From positions 1 through 60,296 of IMG/VR virus record IMGVR_UViG_3300047160_011942: 60,296 nucleotides of DNA; one strand, written 5' to 3'. The position numbers were made by a program, and so were the translations under genes. Numbering within the stretch: the stretch's first letter is position 1; each line of letters starts with the position of its first letter. The notes below the pieces were generated by a model. That model saw only the letters and a list, made by a program, of their open reading frames with translations. It did no database searches and had not been told where the DNA came from. Source of the stretch: a virus. Positions 42,305-49,623 of this stretch are shown in pieces.

Positions 42305-44857
42305 TCAGCCTTTCGACCAGATGATGCGGCGCTGTTGCTGCGGCCGCACACGCGCGACCGTCACCTTCCTGTCGATGAGGTCGGGGATGAAGGACAGCGC
42401 GAGCGAGTCCGCGCGGTCGGGCGACTTCACGCCGCGCTTCTTGGCGTCCTTCTTGGTTTCGAGTTGGATGCGGAGCTTCCCGTCATAGCCGTACTGCAAG
42501 CTCGTGCACTGGTCGGACAGGTCGTCGTCATCAGGCACCTGCGCAGTCTCGAGCCAGTCGCGCATGCGCCCCCAAGCCTCGGAGCGCTGGTTGAAATACT
42601 GCTTGTCGTCCTTGGCGGGGTTGCCCCACGTGACCGGGATCAGCGGCATGGGCAGGTTGGCCCGCCGGAGCATGGCGTCCAGGTCGGCGCCGTTACCCAC
42701 GGCGTCGTAGGCGATGCACGAAATGGGCGAGTCGCCGATAGGTAGCGAGTTGTCCTTGACCTTGCCCGCGCGCCGCACGATCTCGAGCACCCGGCCGGCG
42801 ACGTCGGGCCCGTCGAAGCCGGCCATGGCGACCTGCCACCATAGCCGCGCACCCTGGCGCAGGGAGATGACCGTGAAATCGTCGCCGAAGCGCGCCGGGT
42901 CGATCGAGAGCACCTTCTGGTAGATGCGCACGCGCTCGAACTCGATGCGACGCTTGCGGGCTTCGACGAGCAGCCCAGGGGCGATAAAGTTGTCGTAGCC
43001 CGAGCGCGGGAACATGCCCTTGACGCGCACGCGCACGAAGTCGGAGTCCTCCCCGTACTCGTCGATCCAGGCCTGGATCTGCCGCTTGTTGGTGAACGAG
43101 ACGCGGCGGCTGTCCACGCGGCTGACGTGGTGTGCCTCGCCGGCCTTGGGGGTGCGGTTGCACTGCTTGAAGAACTCGCCCGAGGTGCGCGTGGGGTTGC
43201 CGTAGCGCATCCACAGGATCTGCGTCTTCGCGTCGGTCAGCGCGCCGCGCGTGACCGTCCAAATGTTGTCGTGGATGTTCGAAGCCTCGTCGAACACGAC
43301 CACGATGCGCTTGCCCTGGTTGTGCATGCCGGCGAAGGCCTCGGTCTTCTCGGCCGACCACGGCACCTGGTCGATCCGCCACTGCTTGGCGCGGTCGGCG
43401 TCGTTGGCGATGTACAGGCTCGTGGCAGTGAGCGTGAAGAGGTGGCGCGCGATGAACATGCCATGCCACTTCGCCAGCTCGGCCCAGGTCTTCGTGCGCA
43501 GCTGGAGGTCCGTGTTCGCGGTCACGACGCCGCGCGTGTCGGGGAAGGTGGAGATCGCCCAGAGCAGGAACATGCCCACCTGACCGGAGTTGTGCGTGAC
43601 GATGAAGTCGTTGGCCTGGTACAGGCCGTCCTCGGCCTCCACCGAGATGCACATGCCGTGCGCTGCAGGCGCGATCGGCTCGATCGAGTCGATCCATCGA
43701 GTCAGGTAACGCGACTCACTGGGCTTGTAGGCATCACGTCGATGCGCGATCGTGAAGGGGTTGAAAGGCGCATTGATCGTCACGCGCCAGCAGCCCTTGC
43801 ACGGGACGCGCTCGCCGTTCTTGACGTACCACGCGCACTTGACGGTGGGCTGCATCATGGCTTTGCAGCCCAAGCTGCGCGCCAGCCAGATCACATCCTC
43901 GGCCAGTTGCTTGCTGGTCGTCGAGTAACCGATGGAGCCTGAACTGTTCACCTCACCATCGGCGTCCATCAGCCCGTCGAACAGCGCGCGGCGGTTCCCG
44001 ACGGTGTTGAACTTGTACTCGTCGGGGATATAGCGCTCGCTGCTATAGCACTCGAAGACACCGCCCGTGAAGATGTGCAGCGCACCCCGCAGGTACTGCT
44101 GCATCCCGTCAGCGCAGGTCGTGACTCCGTAGCCACACGCCTCGACACGCGCTTTCACTTCCGCGTGCGGTTTCGTGTAGGCAGGCCGTGCCCGACTCCC
44201 GTCGCCTAGCCACACACCCATCACGTAGGGGTGCAGCGCCGTGGGCTGCTTGACGAACTTCGCGGGACCTTGTTGCGGGATCTCCCATTGACGTGCCTGT
44301 GCCACACCGTTGGCGCGCTTCACGCCGCGGCGCAGGATGTCGATCGTCTCAAGCGTGCGCCACGTGTCGAGTTTCTTGCGGCGCTCCTGGCGGCCGCGCA
44401 CGTTCCACAGATGGCCTGAGCTGACATCGCACGTGCTGCCGTCGTCGAACGTGACGCGGTACATCGGCACGTTCGTGAAGTGGTGCGTTTGCACGACTCG
44501 CGTCACATGGCCGTCGGCGTCGAACACCAGATCCCCGAGTGTGAGATCGCCGTGCCGACGCAGACCTTCAGGCGTGGGCACGAGGGTGTCGTCCGCGAGC
44601 AGCTTGCCAATGCCGTGGCCAGAGGCGACGTCTTCCTCGATCACGCAGCCCTGCTCGCCACCTTGCTGGATCTCCAGCGACACGCGACGCTGCTGGTCGG
44701 CCTGCCATTCCTCAGGTCCGCTGAAATCCTCCAGCGGCGTGTCGGGCTCGCCCCATGGGAACGCCCAATGCGTCCAGCCGATCCAGTTGTCGTGGAACGA
44801 GGCGAGCTTGTCGAACAACTCGTCGATGGGCGTGCCGCGGATGAGGGAGTCCGTCAT
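42305..44857 (-). CDS. Terminase large subunit, interrupted by an intein (850 aa precursor, about 512 aa after splicing)
   Basis: Walker A VASGHGIGK/S is split by the insert. Walker B-like VVVFDEAS. C-terminal nuclease region. The Arg-rich upstream extension to 45181 was rejected as coding. Confidence 0.9.
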   Translation of the reverse strand: MTDSLIRGTPIDELFDKLASFHDNWIGWTHWAFPWGEPDTPLEDFSGPEEWQADQQRRVSLEIQQGGEQGCVIEEDVASGHGIGKLLADDTLVPTPEGLRRHGDLTLGDLVFDADGHVTRVVQTHHFTNVPMYRVTFDDGSTCDVSSGHLWNVRGRQERRKKLDTWRTLETIDILRRGVKRANGVAQARQWEIPQQGPAKFVKQPTALHPYVMGVWLGDGSRARPAYTKPHAEVKARVEACGYGVTTCADGMQQYLRGALHIFTGGVFECYSSERYIPDEYKFNTVGNRRALFDGLMDADGEVNSSGSIGYSTTSKQLAEDVIWLARSLGCKAMMQPTVKCAWYVKNGERVPCKGCWRVTINAPFNPFTIAHRRDAYKPSESRYLTRWIDSIEPIAPAAHGMCISVEAEDGLYQANDFIVTHNSGQVGMFLLWAISTFPDTRGVVTANTDLQLRTKTWAELAKWHGMFIARHLFTLTATSLYIANDADRAKQWRIDQVPWSAEKTEAFAGMHNQGKRIVVVFDEASNIHDNIWTVTRGALTDAKTQILWMRYGNPTRTSGEFFKQCNRTPKAGEAHHVSRVDSRRVSFTNKRQIQAWIDEYGEDSDFVRVRVKGMFPRSGYDNFIAPGLLVEARKRRIEFERVRIYQKVLSIDPARFGDDFTVISLRQGARLWWQVAMAGFDGPDVAGRVLEIVRRAGKVKDNSLPIGDSPISCIAYDAVGNGADLDAMLRRANLPMPLIPVTWGNPAKDDKQYFNQRSEAWGRMRDWLETAQVPDDDDLSDQCTSLQYGYDGKLRIQLETKKDAKKRGVKSPDRADSLALSFIPDLIDRKVTVARVRPQQQRRIIWSKG
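43589..44602 (-). mobile_element. Intein (338 aa) with LAGLIDADG homing endonuclease; class 3 (WCT) features
   Basis: Starts LLADDTLV directly after GHGIGK and ends VTHN followed by Ser. SSGHLW (block B with Trp), GMCISVE (block F Cys), THN (block G Thr). LAGLIDADG motifs VMGVWLGDGS and LFDGLMDADGEV. Confidence 0.85.
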
Positions 44858-44954
44858 GCGGTGAGCCGGGATCTCCAGCGGCGGCGTGCGGTAGGCGGGA
44901 AGCTGGCGCGCCAGATCGGCGACCGACGGGTTGAACCGCCGATCGCTGTTGCCA

Positions 44955-45290
44955 TCAGGCACTGGGCGCGACAGGCGGCGTGGCGACCGCCGCGGCCGCT
45001 GCCTGCGCCACGGACGTCGGGTCGACCGGCGGCGCAGCCGCGGGCGTGGCCGCCCCGAGCGGTGAAGCCGCCAGGGCCTTGACCGCGGCGGCCGCAGCAT
45101 CCTCGGGCGTGGCGGGCGCCGGCGCGTCGGGGTCGTGCCGAGGCTTCTGGGCCTGCTGCAGTTGCTGGTTGATCTCGGCAATCGCGGGCGCCGCGATCTT
45201 GTAGGGGGCTTCCTGCAACGCCATGTTGATGGCGTTCAGGCACTGCGGCGACAGATTCAGATTGAAGGTGCCGGGGATGGGTTGCTGCAC
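44955..45290 (-). CDS. Hypothetical protein (Ala/Pro-rich C-terminus)
   Basis: ORF between TerS and TerL. Protein-like N-terminal half. Confidence 0.4.
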   Translation of the reverse strand: MQQPIPGTFNLNLSPQCLNAINMALQEAPYKIAAPAIAEINQQLQQAQKPRHDPDAPAPATPEDAAAAAVKALAASPLGAATPAAAPPVDPTSVAQAAAAAVATPPVAPSA

Positions 45291-45314
45291 GAGAGGCGCT
45301 CCTTGAGGGGTCGA

Positions 45315-45584
45315 TCAGTCGGTGGCCCGCAGGCCGTGCTTGGCGCAGCGCGCCTGCAAGACCAGGAGGTACAGGCCCATGGCGCCCTGCTGCCGCTGCA
45401 GCAGGCTGCGGTCTTCCACGTCCAGGGCGCTGAAACCCGGCACGGTGCCGGAGATGAACGCATGCAGGCGCGCGAGCCGGTCCTGCAACTCGCGGGTCTC
45501 GGCAATGAGCCGCATGGCCCAGGGATCGGCCGGCGGCTGGGTCTCGTCGGCCTCGACGAAGACGGGCAGGCCTGTCACGGGCAT
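45315..45584 (-). CDS. Conserved small phage protein (crAss001_48-like helical family)
   Basis: ETRELQDRLARLHAFISG...DRSLLQRQQGAMGLYLLVLQAR pattern recalled from that family. Confidence 0.55.
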   Translation of the reverse strand: MPVTGLPVFVEADETQPPADPWAMRLIAETRELQDRLARLHAFISGTVPGFSALDVEDRSLLQRQQGAMGLYLLVLQARCAKHGLRATD

Positions 45585-45763
45585 GGCACGAGGCAGCGGC
45601 GCGCCAGTTCAAGCGCCTCGCGCGACTCATGCGCGGCGCGGATGCGCACAATCTCCGTCGTGACCGTTGGCGGGATCGGCGGGTAGTAGCGCGTGGAATC
45701 GCGCATCAACAAGATGCGCGCCTCGTGCGGCTTGATCCGGTGGTGGATCTTCTTCGGCACCAT
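45575..45763 (-). CDS. Hypothetical small protein
   Basis: 62-aa ORF overlapping the next gene by 10 nt. Confidence 0.35.
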   Translation of the reverse strand: MVPKKIHHRIKPHEARILLMRDSTRYYPPIPPTVTTEIVRIRAAHESREALELARRCLVPCP

Positions 45764-45793
45764 GGCAGTGGCGCGGGTGAGGATTGGAGGGTG

Positions 45794-46075
45794 TCAGGTC
45801 AGGCGCTTGGCCAGATCCTTGGGCTGGCCCGGTTGGCTGTCCGGGCTGTCGCGGTTGGGCACGGGCAGCAGGTCCAGCGGCAAGGCGAGCCGGTCGGCGG
45901 TGGACATCGGGAAGCCCTCGTTGCCCGGCCAGATCGCGCGGCAGGCCGGATCGGTCTGATCGACCACCCGCTGCGCGCGGGCCGCGCCCGTGGCGCGGCT
46001 GGCCTGCGCCGTCTGCCCGATGCCCGTGGCCTGAGCGCGGAAGGCCTCCGGATCCATGCCGCGCGCGGGCGACAT
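45794..46075 (-). CDS. Hypothetical small protein
   Basis: ATG 46075, 7 nt after the TerS stop. The upstream part of ORF 46330 overlaps TerS and was rejected. Confidence 0.4.
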   Translation of the reverse strand: MSPARGMDPEAFRAQATGIGQTAQASRATGAARAQRVVDQTDPACRAIWPGNEGFPMSTADRLALPLDLLPVPNRDSPDSQPGQPKDLAKRLT

Positions 46076-46082
46076 GCAATCA

Positions 46083-46823
46083 CTAGTCGGCGAGATCTTC
46101 ATCGTCTGGCTCCTGGTCGTGGATCGGCGGCAGGCCGTGGCCCATGGGCGATTGTAGGTCGGTCGGATCGGGCGTGTCGAGTTCGCGGGGCCGCTCGAGG
46201 CGGAATTCCGGCGACGGATCATCCTCGACGGCGTAGGTCGTCTTGCCCGTGCGCTCCACGATCGTGGCGTCCATGACGCCTTGGGCGGCGTTGGCGCGCG
46301 CGTAGGCCTGGTCGCGCTTGCGAGCCTCATTCAACCGGGCGCTGAGGGCGTTCGCCAGCGCGTTCACCCCGTCCGAATCCTCGCCCACCAGCTTGAAGTG
46401 CTTCGCTAGGAGACTCAAGGCGGCCATCTTGTCGGCGATCTTGATGTTCTTCAACTCGACGACGCTCGCCTGATCCCCCCGGCCCGTCAACTTAAGTTCG
46501 ACCTTGATCTCGGCCAGCACTGCGGCTGCGTCGTCGGACAGCAGATGCACGGGCAGCAGGTCGCCCTTGTCGTCGTACAGGTCGCGCGGGTCGGCGAATG
46601 CGATGCGCGCGAGTTCCGTCATCACCCGCTCGGCCGTGATCTCCGCACGCGCGAAGCGGCGCGTAATCATCTCGTCGATGCGCTTCTGGATGTGGGGCCG
46701 CTTCAACCATCCGTAGGCGGTCTGGATCCCGAGATCGCAGTCGATGGCGGCTTGCCGGCTCGAACCGGTGCGCGCATAGCTCTGCGCGAACATTTCCTCT
46801 TTGGCGACGGTCAGAGCGGGCAT
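46083..46823 (-). CDS. Terminase small subunit (Terminase_2-like HTH)
   Basis: LTVAKEEMFAQSYARTGSSRQAAIDCDLGIQTAYGWLKRPHIQKRI resembles the TerS HTH. Ends in DDEDLAD. Confidence 0.8.
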   Translation of the reverse strand: MPALTVAKEEMFAQSYARTGSSRQAAIDCDLGIQTAYGWLKRPHIQKRIDEMITRRFARAEITAERVMTELARIAFADPRDLYDDKGDLLPVHLLSDDAAAVLAEIKVELKLTGRGDQASVVELKNIKIADKMAALSLLAKHFKLVGEDSDGVNALANALSARLNEARKRDQAYARANAAQGVMDATIVERTGKTTYAVEDDPSPEFRLERPRELDTPDPTDLQSPMGHGLPPIHDQEPDDEDLAD

Positions 46824-46848
46824 GGTCTTACGCGCGAAAACGAATTTG

Positions 46849-46964
46849 AAAAATTTTATAGGCTCGCCGCCTACATGGGGCAACGACTAGCGGTTCGCGT
46901 GGATTGCAAACCTGCAAAAAATTTCAAGTTCGCCGCCCATCCGGAACACCGACTAGCGGTTCGC
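46849..46964. repeat. Two copies of a ~50-bp direct repeat (66-bp register) ending in cgactagcggttcgc
   Basis: The 15-mer cgactagcggttcgc occurs at 46884-46898 and 46950-46964. Both copies start with an A/T-rich aaaaatt block and cgccgcc. Confidence 0.75.
46855..46883 (-). promoter_or_regulatory. Sigma70-like promoter candidate for terS (TTGCCC-N17-TATAAA on the minus strand)
   Basis: The minus strand reads gTTGCCCcatgtaggcggcgagccTATAAAatt, about 30 nt upstream of ATG 46823. Confidence 0.4.
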
Positions 46965-46999
46965 AGGTACCCCGGCGCCGACGGGGGTATGCCCCTCAT

Positions 47000-47338
47000 T
47001 CACAGCGCGGGGGGTACCCCACCCCCCACCCCGCCTGAAACCCTCCCAGGGCCCGCGAGCAGCCGTCCGTTCCACTCGGCCAGCACGGCGTCCAGCCCGG
47101 CCAGGAACGACGCGGGGTTGAACTCGCGCCGGTCGATGTCGCCTTCCCGCGTCTTGTGGTCCGCGTCCAACCCCTGGATGACCTGCAGCAGGATCTCCTG
47201 CGCCATCTCTTTGCGGTTCACCACTCTCTCACTGCGCCAGCTGACCGTTTTCTGCCGACCGCTGGCAAAGGTCAGCAGGATCGCGCCGAGCGTGCGGTCT
47301 TCGGGATGGTCCTGGTCCTCGAGACGAACGATTTGCAT
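47000..47338 (-). CDS. Hypothetical protein, first gene of the leftward late unit (candidate regulator)
   Basis: 112-aa protein-like ORF flanked on both sides by GCGAAC-type repeat clusters. No motif recognised. Confidence 0.5.
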   Translation of the reverse strand: MQIVRLEDQDHPEDRTLGAILLTFASGRQKTVSWRSERVVNRKEMAQEILLQVIQGLDADHKTREGDIDRREFNPASFLAGLDAVLAEWNGRLLAGPGRVSGGVGGGVPPAL

Positions 47339-47356
47339 GGTGGAAGTGTTCGGCCA

Positions 47357-47519
47357 GCGAACAGCGGTTTGCAGGGGATTGATTGTTTCACGTGAAACAT
47401 GGCTTGCGGTGACCGTGATTTGTTCGGTTAGCGAACAGCACGCGCGGAATTGCGGTTAGCTGTGTCCATCGGCCCCCAGCTAACCGCTGTTCGCTCTCCG
47501 AACGTTCGCTCTGCGAACA
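47357..47519. promoter_or_regulatory. Cluster of GCGAAC/GTTCGC operator-like repeats in the early/late divergent region
   Basis: gcgaacagcggtt 47357-47369 and its exact reverse complement 47482-47494. gcgaacagc 47431-47439. cgaacgttcg palindrome 47499-47508. gcgaaca 47513-47519. Inverted repeat gcggttagctg/cagctaaccgc 47452-47487. Confidence 0.6.
47384..47399. repeat. Perfect 16-bp palindrome tgtttcacgtgaaaca
   Basis: Read directly. Lies inside the divergent control region. Confidence 0.8.
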
Positions 47520-47713
47520 TAGTGAGTGAGCACGTAAATCGGCACCCCAAACCGATAGAAAAGCTTCAATAGACGCGCTAATCGTGCTCACTCATACTGA
47601 CTTCACTGCCTCACGAGTCCTGGAATCTGCAAGTTTCAACAGACTCGGAGCGAGGCAGCAAACTTGATGCATCTTTTGCATAACTTCAACCCTCAGACTA
47701 CGGAGTAACCCTC

Positions 47714-48040
47714 ATGCCCAAGCTCTCTTTCGCCGAAGTCTGCGAACGGCTGAACGATCAACGTTACGTGCCGGCTGAGAATGTCCTCCAGCGTGCCTTG
47801 CAGCGTAAGGTCTGGATCGCTGAATGGCACTTGCCGGGTTGCCTGTCGGAATCTTGGTCTGTGTGCCTGACGAAACGCGAAGCTATCGAAACCGCATGCG
47901 GCTTCGCGGAAACCGCCGACGGCGCACCTCGTGGGATGCCTACCTCTCTGCGCAAACACGGCCGATTCGACTCGCGGTCGCCTATGTTTGGGACGTGCGT
48001 TAACACGATTGAGCAGCGCACACTCGGAAGTCTGCTCTGA
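47714..48040 (+). CDS. Hypothetical early protein
   Basis: ATG with GGAG SD. First ORF of the rightward early unit. Lower-GC region. Confidence 0.5.
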   Translation: MPKLSFAEVCERLNDQRYVPAENVLQRALQRKVWIAEWHLPGCLSESWSVCLTKREAIETACGFAETADGAPRGMPTSLRKHGRFDSRSPMFGTCVNTIEQRTLGSLL

Positions 48041-48159
48041 TGGATCGCGAATCGCTCATCGAAGGCTGCAAGGCGTTCGCCGTCTTGCTTTGCTGCCTCA
48101 CGTTCACTGCGGCGATGGTCTGGCTGGTCATCGCTTGCGCCCAGCAGCTGCTGGGTTGA
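48040..48159 (+). CDS. 39-aa single-TM peptide (below the ORF-track cutoff)
   Basis: ATG overlaps the upstream TGA (TGATG). FAVLLCCLTFTAAMVWLVIAC hydrophobic core. Confidence 0.3.
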   Translation: MDRESLIEGCKAFAVLLCCLTFTAAMVWLVIACAQQLLG

Positions 48160-48194
48160 CTCTTCCACCATCTGTCCAACCTGAAAGGATGATC

Positions 48195-48689
48195 ATGGCC
48201 CGAGGAAAAGAACACCGGTACCTGCTGGGTACCCTCGACTACAACCGTTCCGGCCGCCGCGACTATTCGGCCGTGCTCACGTGGCAAGTGAGCGACGAAG
48301 GGGAATTCACCATGTGCGGTGAAGTCTTTCACACGGCCACTCGCTCCGTGCGCTCCTGCGGGCAAAACGTGGATAGGGTAGTCGCTTACTTCCCGCACAA
48401 CGCGAAGGCGCAGCGCATGCTCGCCATCTGGGAACGCTGGCACTTGAACCACCTGCGCGCGGGCTCGCAGGTGCAAGAGGACTGGTTGCGTGCACATCCG
48501 CTCGATCCCGCCAGCTACGCCTACCCGAAATCACACTATCAGGTCGCAAGCGATGCGCTTGCTGCAGCGGGCTTGAACCCCGATCCGGAGGGTTATCGCT
48601 ACGGCTCGGCGTGGAAGACCGAACCGCTGCCCGCTGAAGTGCTGGCCGAAATCAACTCATGGAGCGCGCCTGTCGCGCAACCCGCATGA
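48195..48689 (+). CDS. Conserved hypothetical phage protein (WERWHLNHLRAG motif)
   Basis: ATG after AAAGGA. The upstream extension of ORF 47931 was rejected. Confidence 0.55.
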   Translation: MARGKEHRYLLGTLDYNRSGRRDYSAVLTWQVSDEGEFTMCGEVFHTATRSVRSCGQNVDRVVAYFPHNAKAQRMLAIWERWHLNHLRAGSQVQEDWLRAHPLDPASYAYPKSHYQVASDALAAAGLNPDPEGYRYGSAWKTEPLPAEVLAEINSWSAPVAQPA

Positions 48690-48913
48690 CATCCGCCGAC
48701 ACCCTCGCCCGCGTGGCGCACCTCGCATCGCGTCGGCCTGCTGGCGCGCCGTCCAAGACTGCCTTGCGCAACGCCCTGCGCAAGCTCGAGAACGCGGCTT
48801 TCGCCTACGGCGAAGCGGAGTTCAACAGCGACGAGTCGCGCAACGCCGCAAAGACTTTCAGCAACGCTCGCACGCAGCTGTACGCGCTGCTCGGGCTCGA
48901 TCCGGAGAACTGA
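48686..48913 (+). CDS. Hypothetical small helical protein
   Basis: ATGA coupling. Confidence 0.45.
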   Translation: MTSADTLARVAHLASRRPAGAPSKTALRNALRKLENAAFAYGEAEFNSDESRNAAKTFSNARTQLYALLGLDPEN

Positions 48914-48916
48914 CTT

Positions 48917-49234
48917 ATGTCCAAAATTTGCAATCAATGGGGCACCATTCGCAAGTCACGCAACCTGCGGGGCCTTGTCGACTACGCTCGCAAATCGCCC
49001 GTCACATGGGTGCAAGGAACCCGCCACCCCACTATCCCGGAACGTGGATCGCTGCTCGTTTTCTATGCTGATGGATCTTGGGGCACGGACGAATTCGCCA
49101 GTTACCGCATCATGGTCGACTGGATACGCAATCGTCTCAAGCATTGCCGAGGGTGGATTGGGTGCCCCCGAGTCGACCTGACCGAAAACATGGGTTACAT
49201 CACTAAGCCCGGCACGATCGCAGGTGCCGTATGA
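48917..49234 (+). CDS. Hypothetical protein
   Basis: 105-aa ORF, closely spaced. Confidence 0.5.
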   Translation: MSKICNQWGTIRKSRNLRGLVDYARKSPVTWVQGTRHPTIPERGSLLVFYADGSWGTDEFASYRIMVDWIRNRLKHCRGWIGCPRVDLTENMGYITKPGTIAGAV

Positions 49235-49623
49235 ACACCCATCCCCGAATCGGAAGCCGCGTCACGTGCGCCGAAACCGGCTTGCCCTTCGTCGTGGCTC
49301 GCGAAGGCTGCTCGTTCAACTACGCCACGAACGCGAAGGGTGAAATCCTCTCGCTCGATGGCGCCTATGAACGCGACAAACGCGAACTGCTCGACCGCTC
49401 GCGCCCCTATACCTGCTATCTATCGTCCGACGGCCGCCACGTCACGAACTGGATCGGCCGGATCCTGGGCGACGTCATGCAGGAGACGCTCTCGAAGAAC
49501 GGGTTCAACGGCTCGCACATCGTCAGCGTGCGCGTACGCGACATCCACGGCGCGTGGTGGCACGGGCGAGGCTCGGGCCGTTCCATGATCCTCAACCTCA
49601 GACCCATGAAGGAACCGCAATGA
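49231..49623 (+). CDS. Hypothetical protein
   Basis: ATGA coupling. 130 aa. Confidence 0.5.
   Translation: MNTHPRIGSRVTCAETGLPFVVAREGCSFNYATNAKGEILSLDGAYERDKRELLDRSRPYTCYLSSDGRHVTNWIGRILGDVMQETLSKNGFNGSHIVSVRVRDIHGAWWHGRGSGRSMILNLRPMKEPQ

Noticed and set aside
42305-45181. Full 958-aa ORF as the terminase large subunit.
   Set aside because: The first 108 codons are almost pure Arg/Pro/Ser and overlap ORF 44955-45290. A protein-like sequence begins at Met109 (ATG 44857).
46824-46883. Upstream ATG 46883 as the terS start (MPHVGGEPIKFFKFVFARKT...).
   Set aside because: Those codons read through the AT-rich promoter-like repeat. The HTH-containing protein starts cleanly at ATG 46823.
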